A stretch of 64,000 nt of DNA, from positions 4,404-68,403 of the forward strand of contig JBGAWJ010000001.1 of the NCBI GenBank assembly GCA_044227605.1, read 5' to 3'. Position 1 is the stretch's first letter, and each line of letters starts with the position of its first letter. The DNA comes from Alphaproteobacteria bacterium. Lineage in GTDB: Bacteria; Pseudomonadota; Alphaproteobacteria; JAEUKQ01. The notes under the pieces are model-generated. The model worked only from the letters and a program-made list of their open reading frames with translations, was not told the origin of the DNA and made no database searches. The position numbers were made by a program, and so were the translations under genes. Positions 10,146-20,020 of this stretch are shown in pieces.

Positions 10146-11198
10146 ATGAAGATTTCGCCGCAAAAATTTGAAAGCCTGTTATCATCCCCCACATCACCTT
10201 CCCCTTTTTTTGGTTTTGGAGCGATCCTTATTTTCGGCCCAGATCACAGCTCGGTCAGGGACTATAGTGAACGTTGTATCAAAAAACTGCTGGGCACCCC
10301 TCCCGATCCTTTTCGCTTCAATAGTTTCTTTTGGAATAACGTGCAGGAAACGGGTTTATTAATTGCCGATTGTTTACATGAGTTCCCTTTATCCGGTGGC
10401 CAACGGGTCGTGCAGGTGCGGCAAGTTACGGACAGTTTTTTAGCACCCTTAAAAGACATTTTAACCCGTGGCACCCCTGAAAGCTTCCTGTTATTGGAAG
10501 GGGATGATTTGCCTGCCAAATCTACCCTGCGCAAATTTATGGAAATGCACAGACAAACCGGGTTATTAGCGTGTTATCCCTTAGATGAAAAAGAACAAGC
10601 GTATTTCATTGAACGCACCCTGACCGCCCATGCCCTGAAAACCGATAGGGACGGGTTGCTGCTATTGCAGCGTTATTTACCGGCCCACAAACTGGCCATT
10701 GAAAATGAAATTGCCAAATTAGCCCTCTATCTTAGCCCTCATCTTACCCCATCTTCCGTTAACCTACTGACGGTTGATATCATTTCATTATGTTTGGGGG
10801 ATCAAGGTGAGATATCGCTTCATGATTTGGTTTATAGTTTTGCGGGGCAGAACCTAGATAGTTTTTCAACCCATTACACCCGATGTTTGGCGGAAGGGGA
10901 AACGCCGATTTCGATCATTCGGGCCGTTTTACGGCATCTGCAGCAATTTTGGCGCGCCCGGTTGATTATGGACGGGCAACAGCTTCCCCTTGATCAGGCG
11001 GTCATACAATTAAAACCCCCTATATTCTATAAATACCAGGCCGCTTTTTGCCGTCAACTTTCTTTATGGCCATTTGAGCGCTTAATGGCTGCTTTTCTAG
11101 AATTAACTAATTTGGAAATTCGCTGTAAGCAGCCCCATGCACCCGCCTCAGAAATAACTTTCCACCAATTGCTACAAATCATGCAAATAAATAGTTAA
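10146..11198 (+). CDS. holA: DNA polymerase III delta subunit
   Basis: The 350-aa ORF sits in the conserved position after lptE. The delta-subunit-like N-terminus (FGPDHSSVRDY...) and C-terminal helical domain are present. Confidence 0.8.
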   Translation: MKISPQKFESLLSSPTSPSPFFGFGAILIFGPDHSSVRDYSERCIKKLLGTPPDPFRFNSFFWNNVQETGLLIADCLHEFPLSGGQRVVQVRQVTDSFLAPLKDILTRGTPESFLLLEGDDLPAKSTLRKFMEMHRQTGLLACYPLDEKEQAYFIERTLTAHALKTDRDGLLLLQRYLPAHKLAIENEIAKLALYLSPHLTPSSVNLLTVDIISLCLGDQGEISLHDLVYSFAGQNLDSFSTHYTRCLAEGETPISIIRAVLRHLQQFWRARLIMDGQQLPLDQAVIQLKPPIFYKYQAAFCRQLSLWPFERLMAAFLELTNLEIRCKQPHAPASEITFHQLLQIMQINS

Positions 11199-11241
11199 AT
11201 GCCTCCCCTTAGTTTTTGATGCAGCGGGAATGATAAATGAT

Positions 11242-11257
11242 CGTTTCACGTGAAACA
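11242..11257. other. parS: parS centromere-like site (CGTTTCACGTGAAACA, 15/16 match to the TGTTTCACGTGAAACA consensus)
   Basis: The palindromic 16-mer lies in the parB-holA spacer, roughly 740 bp downstream of the parB stop codon. It differs from the universal parS consensus only at position 1. Confidence 0.7.
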
Positions 11258-11994
11258 AAGAACGTTATAGAAGAATGAAGCCGCCATTATTTCACCTTCA
11301 CGTTACAAAACAGCGCCCGGATAAATATTGGCACTGATATAAATTAGGAAAGGGGCTGGCGATAGGGGATTAAAGCGTTGTAAATTAAGGGATGGGATCC
11401 AGTTAAAATTGCTGGGCCAGCAATTTTTACAATGTTTGTCGCTCACGTAACAACCAGGACAACTGCCTGCTTGATGGGGGTCAACGATCATACGGCCCCT
11501 ATCTTTTCTATCGTAAATTGTGCCAATTAATTGTTGAAAAAATGATCGGTGCGGAACTATGGGAAAGGGAGGTATGAATAAGCGGTTATTTTGGCGCTGT
11601 ATGTAAGGGAAACTTTGGTTCTGATGGGTTTAAGCGGTCTTAGGCTTGCTCACACGGGACGCAAAGCCGATGATGCCAAAAGCCCCTTATCCCGGTTATC
11701 CGCAGCTAAATAAGGCCTGACCGCATCGTCTATAGGACGGGTATCACTCTTACAACGTTCTGAATATTTCTAACTTCAATTACTTCCTTATCAATCATAG
11801 TGTATAGTTCTTCGCCGACAAATCCCCCAAAAGAGCTTCAACCTCTTTCTTGAGAAAGGCATCTTCCCCTTCAATCACAGCACCGTTGCCAACCCATTGA
11901 GTATTTTATAAACTACCCTCATATCCCCCAATCTGGCCCCTCATTAAAATTTCCCACATGCTATCTTGGTATCCAAATGCCATCGCCGTTCCTT

Positions 11995-12876
11995 TTAGGC
12001 AGGTGGCAGACTGCTTTTTTGTGCCTGCAGGCGATGGAGGATGGCTTCTAATTCCTGCAAGGTTTTATACCGTAAGGTGAGCATGCCGCCATTACCCTGC
12101 AACGTGATGCGGGCTTTTGCACCCAGCAATGTTGACAAATCTTTCTCCAGCGAAATAATTTCTGCTTGACGGTTTTGCCAACGATTAGCCGCAATGTTTT
12201 TTAAAGCTTTATGGTTTTTGCGGCTTAATTCCTCTGTCTCTCGCACGCTTAAATCTTCCGCAATCACCTGTCTTGCTAAACGCACGGGATCTTTGGCATT
12301 AAGTAGCGCGCGGGCGTGCCCCGCGGATAAATCGCCGCGCGTCAGTAATTCTTTAATTTCCGCGGGTAAATCCAGCAATCGCATCAGGTTGGCAATGTGG
12401 CTGCGGCTTTTCCCAACCATTTCCGCAATTTCTTCCTGTTTTTTGCCGAATTCATGGAGCAGCCGGTGATAGGCTTCCGCTTCTTCCAATGGCAGTAAAT
12501 CCTGGCGTTGCAAATTTTCAACCAGGGCAATTTGTAGGACTTCCTGGTCATTCATTTCCTTGATAACAACCGGTACTTCTTTTAAGGCGGCAATTTTTGC
12601 TGCCCGCCACCGGCGCTCACCCGCAATAATTTCATACTGTCCCGCAAGATTGGGATGTTTCCTGACCAATAAAGGTTGCAAAATCCCATCCTGCCGGATG
12701 GATCCAGCCAATTCATTCAATTGTTCCGGCAGGAATGTCCGCCTTGGCTGTAAGGTACTAGGCTGCAGGGCATCATGGGCCAGTAGCAGGAATGAAGGGG
12801 ATGATGTTTCTTCGCCTTCCACCATATTGCCAAATAAAGCCGCTAACCCGCGCCCTAAATTTCGTTTTTCAACCAT
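11995..12876 (-). CDS. parB: Chromosome partitioning protein ParB (Spo0J)
   Basis: The N-terminal GRGLAALFG and ParB-box motifs are present, and it sits directly downstream of parA. Confidence 0.9.
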   Translation of the reverse strand: MVEKRNLGRGLAALFGNMVEGEETSSPSFLLLAHDALQPSTLQPRRTFLPEQLNELAGSIRQDGILQPLLVRKHPNLAGQYEIIAGERRWRAAKIAALKEVPVVIKEMNDQEVLQIALVENLQRQDLLPLEEAEAYHRLLHEFGKKQEEIAEMVGKSRSHIANLMRLLDLPAEIKELLTRGDLSAGHARALLNAKDPVRLARQVIAEDLSVRETEELSRKNHKALKNIAANRWQNRQAEIISLEKDLSTLLGAKARITLQGNGGMLTLRYKTLQELEAILHRLQAQKSSLPPA

Positions 12877-12894
12877 GATTTTATACCCCAGAAA

Positions 12895-13677
12895 TTAAAT
12901 AACAAGTTTTTCACGGCGCACCATTTCCGCCGCTAATTGGATGTAAGATTGGGCCCCAACGCTTTGATGATCATATAATAATACCGGTTTTCCGTGGGAA
13001 GGGGCTTCCGATATTTTCACGTTACGCGGGATAACCGTTTCATATACCTTATCCCCGAAATATTGGCGCGCATCCCCCGCCACTTGATTACATAAATTAT
13101 TGCGCCGATCATACATGGTCAAGACAATGCCTTGGATCTCAAGCCCCGCATTCAATCCCGCCCGCACCCGTTCAATGGTTTTAATCAGCAAGCTAAGACC
13201 CTCCAGGGCATAAAATTCGCATTGTAAAGGCACCAAAACTTGCGCGGCGGCGACAAACGCGTTTAGGGTTAATAAATTTAAAGAAGGCGGGCAATCAATG
13301 AAAATAATATCAAAAAGCTTCTTGTCTATTTTTTCCAAAGCCATTTGTAACTTATGTTCACGTTTTGGCATTTCCACCAATTCAATTTCCGCCCCCGCTA
13401 ATTTGATCGAGGCTGGAATGATAAAAAGGTCAGGAACCTGGGTGGCTTGGATCAGCGGGGTTGGGTCCTTATCCGCAATCAGCATGTCATAAGTGGACAA
13501 TTGGCGTTTAGTTTGATCAATCGCCAAACCGGTGCTGGCATTTCCCTGGGGATCTAAATCAACCACCAAAATCTTTAAGCCATACGCGGCTAAGGCGGTT
13601 GCCAGATTCACAGCAGTAGTGGTTTTACCAACCCCCCCTTTTTGATTAGCAATCGCAATAATTCTTGGTTTATTCAT
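12895..13677 (-). CDS. parA: Chromosome partitioning ATPase ParA (Soj)
   Basis: A deviant Walker A motif KGGVGKTTT is present. The likely start is the ATG at 13677 (MNKPRIIAIANQKGG); the track ORF extends 13 codons further upstream. Confidence 0.9.
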   Translation of the reverse strand: MNKPRIIAIANQKGGVGKTTTAVNLATALAAYGLKILVVDLDPQGNASTGLAIDQTKRQLSTYDMLIADKDPTPLIQATQVPDLFIIPASIKLAGAEIELVEMPKREHKLQMALEKIDKKLFDIIFIDCPPSLNLLTLNAFVAAAQVLVPLQCEFYALEGLSLLIKTIERVRAGLNAGLEIQGIVLTMYDRRNNLCNQVAGDARQYFGDKVYETVIPRNVKISEAPSHGKPVLLYDHQSVGAQSYIQLAAEMVRREKLVI

Positions 13678-13779
13678 CAGACTGCCTTTACATTCTAGGG
13701 ATATTTTGCCAACCATGGCAATGGCTGGCTTACTTTACTTGCTTTGCCTATTTTAGAATTTTTTGCCTCGGTTTTGATG

Positions 13780-14415
13780 TTAGGCGATTCGCGTTATTTT
13801 TTCAATGATTAAAATCTTGGCTTGCAAATCTGTTAAACTAGGATGGGCTTGATACGAAAAATTCCAGTGCTTTTGCGCCTGTTGGATTTCTTCTTTCCAT
13901 AATTTCCCTTTTAAGAAAACAATTTTGACTTGGTCATGCCATTGATAGCGGCCAAGGTTAAATAATTGATCCAATTTTGCCAACGCCCGGGATGTTACTA
14001 TATCAGTTTTCAGGAATTCAACCGTTTCTATCCGTTGATTACGTACAGTTATTTTTTTTGATGCAATAGCTGCGGTTCCAAACAGCTGATAGGCAACTTC
14101 CTCCAAGAATATTGCTTTGCGCTGGTCCGACTCCACTAAAACAACTTCTGGGACACCCATGATGGCTAAAACCATTCCCGGCAACCCAGCCCCCGATCCC
14201 ATATCGATTATCTTTTGGGGAAGCGCAGGTAATAAGGCCAGGATTTGGCCGCTATCTAAAATATGACGCTCCCACATATCCCCAACCGTTTCCTCTGCAA
14301 TTAAATTCAACCTTTTTTGCCATTGGGCCAGGAGGGTTACATATAATTGCAGGCGCTGAAACGTTTCACGTGAAACATGTAAGAGGGCGGCACATTCTTC
14401 TGCGGTTTTTGTCAT
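13780..14415 (-). CDS. rsmG: 16S rRNA (guanine527-N7)-methyltransferase RsmG (GidB)
   Basis: The N-terminus has LHVSRETFQRLQ and the SAM-binding motif DMGSGAGLPG is present. It occupies the conserved position between mnmG and parA. Confidence 0.9.
   Translation of the reverse strand: MTKTAEECAALLHVSRETFQRLQLYVTLLAQWQKRLNLIAEETVGDMWERHILDSGQILALLPALPQKIIDMGSGAGLPGMVLAIMGVPEVVLVESDQRKAIFLEEVAYQLFGTAAIASKKITVRNQRIETVEFLKTDIVTSRALAKLDQLFNLGRYQWHDQVKIVFLKGKLWKEEIQQAQKHWNFSYQAHPSLTDLQAKILIIEKITRIA
14362..14377. other. parS: Second parS site (identical 16-mer CGTTTCACGTGAAACA) embedded in the 5' coding region of rsmG
   Basis: The 16-mer is identical to the site at 11242. It overlaps the codons for the conserved VSRETF motif of RsmG. 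Confidence 0.65.
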
Positions 14416-14435
14416 GGATCCAAACTTATGATCAA

Positions 14436-16301
14436 TTATGCCGTTTGGGGAACAGGCTTTTTATAGGCATATTTCAATAAAATTGTTAAAGCCGCCGGGG
14501 TGATGCCCGGAATACGCGAGGCGGCCCCAACACTATACGGCTTGGCTTGATTAAGCTTTTTTTGCAGTTCGGCTGACAACCCCGGAATAACTGAAAAATT
14601 CAAGGAGGGTGGCAAAAAAAGTTCTTCATCTTGACGGAATAGCCGGATATCGCTTTCATGCCTTTTCATATAACCGGAATATTTGGCTTCAATTTCTAAT
14701 TGTTCCACAATAGCGTTTGGCACCCCCCCTAGATTGGGAAAAATTTTGCATAATTGCTGCCAATCAACCAGTGATGAAGACAACACATCCAATACAGATC
14801 GTTTAACCCCGTCCGCATTGACGCCCACACCCAAACGTTGCCATTCTGTCGGGGTGGCCGACATTTTTTCAAGTGTTTGCTGCGTGGCCTGTAATTGTTC
14901 CATTTTGGTCATGTAATGCTGCTGGCGAGCAGTGCCCACACACCCTATTTTGATTCCTCGCCCGGTTAACCGGCGATCGGCGTTATCACTGCGCAAATGT
15001 AGGCGATATTCTGCCCGTGAGGTAAACATGCGGTAGGGTTCATTTGTTCCCAAGGTAACCAGGTCATCGATCATGACTCCGATATAGGATTCACTGCGGT
15101 CAAAAATTTCAGGTGCCTTTCCACTGGCCTTATAAGCAGCATTCAATCCGGCCACAATCCCTTGGGCTGCGGCTTCTTCATAGCCCGTCGTTCCGTTGAT
15201 TTGGCCTGCCAAAAACAGGCGGGGCATTTTTTTTGCCTCCAGCCAAGGATATAATTCCTTTGGGTCCACAAAATCATATTCAATGGCATATCCCGGCCTG
15301 ATCACTTTCGCATTGGCTAAACCCGGGATGGTTTTTAACAAAGCCAGCTGCACATCTTCTGGCAGGGACGTGGAAATGCCGTTGGGATAAACGGTATCGT
15401 CATCCAAACCCTCCGGCTCTAAAAATATCTGGTGCCGGGAACGGTCGGCAAAACGCACGACCTTATCTTCAATAGAGGGGCAGTAACGCGGCCCAATGCC
15501 TTCAATTTGCCCAGAATACATGGGGGAGCGATGCAAATTTGTCCGAATAATCGCATGGGTTTCCTCATTCGTGGCGGTTAAATAACAAGGGATTTGTGGG
15601 GTTGTAATAGCCGTGGTTAGATAGGAAAAAGCTGGGATGGGAACATCACCGGGCTGCTTCTCCAAGCCTGACCAATCAATAGTCCGCCCATCTAGTCTGG
15701 GAGGAGTCCCTGTTTTCAATCGCCCTAATTGAAAGCCTGCTCGCTCGAGTGCATTTGAAAGACCTAAAGACGGTTTCTCCCCAACCCGGCCCGCTGGAAT
15801 CTTTTTCTCACCCATATGGATCAGGCCGCGTAAAAACGTACCGGTGGTAATCACCACAGCGCCCGCATAAAGGTTCTTTCCTTCCGCTGTCTGCACACCG
15901 ATGATTTCCTGGTTTTTCTCATCAAATAAAAGATTTTCAACAGATGCCTGGTAAATCTCCAAATTTGCCTGTTCCGCCAAGGCCGATTGCATGGCCGCTC
16001 GGTATAATTTACGGTCGGCCTGCGCCCGCAACCCTCGCACAGCATGCCCTTTACTGGCGTTTAACATACGGAATTGGATGCCTGCTTTGTCAGCCACCCG
16101 TCCCATCAACCCATCTAGCGCATCAATTTCCCTGACCAAATGTCCCTTGCCCAACCCACCAATGGCTGGGTTGCAGGACATCTCCCCAATCGTTGCCTGT
16201 TGGTGGGTCACCAGCAATGTCTTGGCCCCTAAACGAGCCGCCGCCGCCGCCGCTTCACAGCCAGCATGACCACCCCCAATGACGATCACATCTACTTTCA
16301 T
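14436..16301 (-). CDS. mnmG: tRNA uridine-5-carboxymethylaminomethyl modification enzyme MnmG (GidA)
   Basis: The FAD-binding N-terminus [14 protein letters not shown] is present, and the 621-aa protein is GidA-like over its full length. Confidence 0.95.
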   Translation of the reverse strand: MKVDVIVIGGGHAGCEAAAAAARLGAKTLLVTHQQATIGEMSCNPAIGGLGKGHLVREIDALDGLMGRVADKAGIQFRMLNASKGHAVRGLRAQADRKLYRAAMQSALAEQANLEIYQASVENLLFDEKNQEIIGVQTAEGKNLYAGAVVITTGTFLRGLIHMGEKKIPAGRVGEKPSLGLSNALERAGFQLGRLKTGTPPRLDGRTIDWSGLEKQPGDVPIPAFSYLTTAITTPQIPCYLTATNEETHAIIRTNLHRSPMYSGQIEGIGPRYCPSIEDKVVRFADRSRHQIFLEPEGLDDDTVYPNGISTSLPEDVQLALLKTIPGLANAKVIRPGYAIEYDFVDPKELYPWLEAKKMPRLFLAGQINGTTGYEEAAAQGIVAGLNAAYKASGKAPEIFDRSESYIGVMIDDLVTLGTNEPYRMFTSRAEYRLHLRSDNADRRLTGRGIKIGCVGTARQQHYMTKMEQLQATQQTLEKMSATPTEWQRLGVGVNADGVKRSVLDVLSSSLVDWQQLCKIFPNLGGVPNAIVEQLEIEAKYSGYMKRHESDIRLFRQDEELFLPPSLNFSVIPGLSAELQKKLNQAKPYSVGAASRIPGITPAALTILLKYAYKKPVPQTA

Positions 16302-16360
16302 CTTATAAACCCTACCGTTCTGAAAATTATTCGCCTTATATTAGATACGGATGAATTTGC

Positions 16361-17743
16361 CTACTTGCCAATGCAAAATTCCCTGAAAATAACGTCCAAC
16401 ATCTCTTCGATATGGACCCGCCCGGTGATTTCACCAAGGGCCCTTATGGCCAAGCGAAGATCTTCGGCCATTAATTCTATAGATACGGTCATATCAGCTT
16501 GCTCTAAGCTCAGCAAGCATTTTTCCAATGCTTGGCGGTGGCGGTGGCGGGTAATCAGGGGTGCAGAACCAATTGCTGTTCCTACCATTTTTTCTATTTT
16601 CTGTTTCAAGAAGCCCATAAAATCCGCTAAGCCAGCGCCCGTTTGCAAACTGATAAAAAAAGTATTAGCTGCTGCTGCGATAGGAACAGGGGATGATAGA
16701 TCAATTTTATTGACCAAAAAAATTGTCTCCGAAGTGACTAATTCTAAAATATCCCCGGGTATTTTTGGCCAATCTTGCGCCGAAACCATCAGCAGCTGGA
16801 TATCACTTACCAATGCGTGCTGGCGCGCCCGCCTGACACCTTCCTCTTCAATGCTATCGGTGGTTGGCCGCAACCCCGCCGTATCGGCAATCGTGACCGG
16901 CACCCCCCCGATGTTCAAGGTGGTTTCTACAATATCGCGGGTCGTGCCAGCAATAGGGGAGACGATGGCAACATCCCGCCTTGAAAGCCAGTTAATCAGG
17001 CTTGATTTGCCAGCATTTGGTGGGCCTATGATGGTCAGCACCAATCCTTGCCTGATTCGTTGGCCGCGATTGCCGTCTGCCAGGTGGTTTTTAATCTGGG
17101 TTTGCAAATCAGCTAATTTTTGCTTGACCATGTGGTTTAATTCAGCCGGTAATTCCTCATCAGGAAAATCAATATAAGCTTCGAGGTAAGCCGCCATATG
17201 CACTAAGGCACGCCGCCAAATTTCGTATAATTTTCCTAGTTCCCCTTGATATTGGCGTAAAGCTTGGCGACGCTGGGCTTCCGTTTCCGCGGCAATTAAA
17301 TCGGCCAATCCTTCGACGGCCGTCAAGTCTAATTTTCCATGTTGAAAGGCCCGTTTGGTGAATTCGCCAGCTTCCGCAAGACGGGTTTCAGGAAACTGCT
17401 GTAATTCCTTAATCAATATTTCCACAATGGCGCGGCTGCCATGCACCTGCAATTCCGCCATATCTTCCCCCGTAAAACTGGCAGGGTTGGGAAACCACAA
17501 AACCAAGGCCTCATCCAGGATTTTAGCGGCCAAGTCATTCAGGCTTCCTGAATTATAACCGGCCCTATACAATAAACGCTTATGGGCCGAACGCGCGGGC
17601 GGCAACTCTCTTTGGGTGATTTGGGTTAAGATATCGGCGGTTTTTGGGCCAGAAATACGAATAATGGCAATCGCTGCGGGCAATGACCCGGTCGATAAAG
17701 CAAAAATGGTTTCCGTTAGAGGGAGATCAGCAGGAAGGGACAA
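16361..17743 (-). CDS. mnmE: tRNA modification GTPase MnmE (TrmE)
   Basis: The N-terminus TIFALSTGSLPAAIAIIRISG is canonical. The G domain has GPPNAGKSSL and DTAGLR, and the protein ends in the C-terminal CIGK motif. Confidence 0.95.
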   Translation of the reverse strand: MSLPADLPLTETIFALSTGSLPAAIAIIRISGPKTADILTQITQRELPPARSAHKRLLYRAGYNSGSLNDLAAKILDEALVLWFPNPASFTGEDMAELQVHGSRAIVEILIKELQQFPETRLAEAGEFTKRAFQHGKLDLTAVEGLADLIAAETEAQRRQALRQYQGELGKLYEIWRRALVHMAAYLEAYIDFPDEELPAELNHMVKQKLADLQTQIKNHLADGNRGQRIRQGLVLTIIGPPNAGKSSLINWLSRRDVAIVSPIAGTTRDIVETTLNIGGVPVTIADTAGLRPTTDSIEEEGVRRARQHALVSDIQLLMVSAQDWPKIPGDILELVTSETIFLVNKIDLSSPVPIAAAANTFFISLQTGAGLADFMGFLKQKIEKMVGTAIGSAPLITRHRHRQALEKCLLSLEQADMTVSIELMAEDLRLAIRALGEITGRVHIEEMLDVIFREFCIGK

Positions 17744-18101
17744 GGGGAGATTTATCCGTTGGTTTTAACATCAATCGATCGACAATCTTCCCTTGCAGAA
17801 GGTGGTTTTGGACGATTTCCTCAGCCTCTTCTACCGTTTGGCAATGATACCAAATGCCTTCTGGGTAAACCACCACCACCGGGCCTAACTCACACCGGTC
17901 TAAACAGCCCGCACTGTTAATACGCATATCATCAAGCCCTAATTCCTTAGCGCGCGCCTTCATATAATTTCGCAGTTTTTCCGAACCTTTAACCTTACAT
18001 GAGCCGCGCGCATGATCGGCAGGACGCTCATTGGTGCAAAAAAATACATGATTGCGGTAATAAAGCGGAACAGGTGAAGTTATCTTTTGGGGAGGGTTCA
18101 T
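17727..18101 (-). CDS. Thioredoxin-like (2Fe-2S) ferredoxin-domain protein
   Basis: Cys residues in the FFCTNERP...C...AGCLDRCELGP arrangement are characteristic of thioredoxin-fold 2Fe-2S ferredoxins. The ORF overlaps the mnmE start by 17 nt. Confidence 0.6.
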   Translation of the reverse strand: MNPPQKITSPVPLYYRNHVFFCTNERPADHARGSCKVKGSEKLRNYMKARAKELGLDDMRINSAGCLDRCELGPVVVVYPEGIWYHCQTVEEAEEIVQNHLLQGKIVDRLMLKPTDKSPLVPSC

Positions 18102-18349
18102 TTTTTGGGATCTTTTTTCTGGAAGCTATTGGTAAAATCAGTGAATTTCTTTTGCCATTCCTGCCAATTTTCAGACATTCCGCCCATCCAGCTTTTCAGC
18201 AATTTTTCAGGGCTTGATTCGCTGATGGCTGATAAAAGTTTTTCCTGGATTTCTTTTAAAAGTTCCTGTTGCATAGCACTCACATCCGGCAATCCAACCA
18301 GCCGCCGGATTTCCTCAGGCGGGCATTCAACCTCAATATGAAATTTCAT
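18098..18349 (-). CDS. Hypothetical 83-aa acidic/lysine-rich protein, first gene of the mnmE operon
   Basis: This ORF has an ATGA overlap with the downstream ferredoxin gene. It has no recognisable motif, and coding status is inferred from this operon context. Confidence 0.4.
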   Translation of the reverse strand: MKFHIEVECPPEEIRRLVGLPDVSAMQQELLKEIQEKLLSAISESSPEKLLKSWMGGMSENWQEWQKKFTDFTNSFQKKDPKK

Positions 18350-18562
18350 GTGGCTATTTCCCTTACTGCAAAGGTTATTTTAGGGGGCCTCATTGGGATG
18401 GTACAACTTTTTGGCTTGCCGTCAAATCTTTCGATCAAAGTCTGATGATTCTGTGGGTTGAAGCGAAGAATAATGCGTGCCAGAAACATAAGCTTGCAAA
18501 GACAGCACGCTTATATTTTGTACAAAGCCCACAAGGATATAACTGCTAGCGTAACGCTCCCG

Positions 18563-19819
18563 CTATTGATTCATCGAGGCAAAAAAATCCGCATTGTTTT
18601 TGGTTAGGCGTAATTTATCAAGCAGGAATTCCATGCCATCAATTGCTCCCATCGGCATGAGGATGCGGCGTAAGACCCACATTTTAGAAAGGGTTGCCTT
18701 ATCCACCAACAACTCTTCCTTACGTGTCCCTGATTTGGTAATGTCAATGGCCGGGAACGTCCTTTTATCTGAAAGTTTACGGTCAAGGATAATTTCTGAA
18801 TTTCCTGTACCCTTAAATTCTTCAAAAATAACCTCATCCATCCGGCTGCCAGTATCAATTAAAGCAGTTGCGATGATTGTTAAGGAACCCCCTTCCTCGA
18901 TATTACGAGCCGCGCCGAAAAAGCGTTTGGGGCGTTGCAAGGCATTGGCATCCACACCCCCTGTTAAAACTTTACCGGAAGATGGCACAACCGTATTATA
19001 AGCGCGGGCAAGCCTGGTGATTGAATCAAGCAAAATCACCACGTCCTTTTTATGTTCAACCAACCTTTTGGCTTTTTCAATAACCATTTCAGCAACCTGC
19101 ACATGCCTGGCGGCCGGTTCATCAAAGGTTGAACTGACCACTTCGCCCTTGACCGATCTTGCCATATCCGTCACTTCTTCCGGACGTTCATCAATGAGTA
19201 AAACGATCAAATAACATTCCGGGTGGTTTTGGGCGATGGCATGGGCAATATTTTGCAACATGACGGTTTTGCCGGTTCTTGGCGGCGCAACAATCAGCGC
19301 CCGTTGGCCTTTGCCAAGCGGGGCAATCAGATCCGTGATACGGGTGGTTAAATCCTTACGGTTGGGATTCTCAATTTCGCATTTTAACCGCTCATCGGGA
19401 TAAAGCGGGGTTAAATTATCGAAATTGATCCGGTGGCGGACTTTTTCCGGCTGATCGAAATTGATGGTATTAATTTTCAGCATAGCGAAATAACGCTCGC
19501 CATCATTGGGGGCGCGAATCTGACCCTCCACAACGTCACCAGTCCTTAAGGCAAACCTTTTAATCTGGCTGGGGCTTACATAAATGTCGTCAGGCCCTGG
19601 CAAGTAATTAGCCTCAGGCGAGCGCAAAAACCCAAAACCGTCTTGCAAAACCTCAAGTACGCCATCACCAAAAATAGGGGTGCCATTTTCGGCGGTTTTC
19701 TTTAAAATGCCAAACATAATATCTTGTTTGCGCATGGTGCTGGCATTTTCTATTTGTAATTCTTCAGCAAAAGCTAACAGTTCTGCTGGCGATTTCTTTT
19801 TCAGTTCTTCAAGATTCAT
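18563..19819 (-). CDS. rho: Transcription termination factor Rho
   Basis: The N-terminal domain, RNA-binding domain and RecA-like ATPase with Walker A PPRTGKT are all present over 418 aa. Confidence 0.95.
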   Translation of the reverse strand: MNLEELKKKSPAELLAFAEELQIENASTMRKQDIMFGILKKTAENGTPIFGDGVLEVLQDGFGFLRSPEANYLPGPDDIYVSPSQIKRFALRTGDVVEGQIRAPNDGERYFAMLKINTINFDQPEKVRHRINFDNLTPLYPDERLKCEIENPNRKDLTTRITDLIAPLGKGQRALIVAPPRTGKTVMLQNIAHAIAQNHPECYLIVLLIDERPEEVTDMARSVKGEVVSSTFDEPAARHVQVAEMVIEKAKRLVEHKKDVVILLDSITRLARAYNTVVPSSGKVLTGGVDANALQRPKRFFGAARNIEEGGSLTIIATALIDTGSRMDEVIFEEFKGTGNSEIILDRKLSDKRTFPAIDITKSGTRKEELLVDKATLSKMWVLRRILMPMGAIDGMEFLLDKLRLTKNNADFFASMNQ

Positions 19820-20020
19820 GAAATTTTAAACTATAACCATTAAGGTGTGTGAAATGATAGTGTCTTTTTTGCCGTTACCAAACTTAGATTATTGATCGTA
19901 TAAATCAACGTAACCGCAAGACGTTTTTGATGGGGGATAACAGATGATATATATTCTTTCACTGCTAGTAGCTGAAAAATAAGGGGATGTCAAAGGGAAA
20001 ATAAGCCATTGCCTGCAAAA

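Noticed and set aside
11402-11424. AAAATTGCTGG-g-CCAGCAATTTT read as a rho-independent terminator for parB or holA
   Set aside because: The loop is a single nucleotide, so it cannot form a stable RNA hairpin. It is far (over 200 nt) from either stop codon. It is kept as a possible protein-binding palindrome in the findings instead.
14357-14378. GAAACGTTTCACGTGAAAC overlapping palindromes read as a PurR/LacI-type operator (AAACGTTT core)
   Set aside because: Alphaproteobacteria lack PurR. The 16-mer is identical to the intergenic parS site and matches the parS consensus. Its presence in the coding sequence is compatible with known intragenic parS sites.
16266-17177. 303-aa plus-strand ORF
   Set aside because: It lies entirely antisense within mnmE, whose protein is unmistakable. 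It is a typical shadow ORF in a moderately GC-biased coding region and has no motifs.
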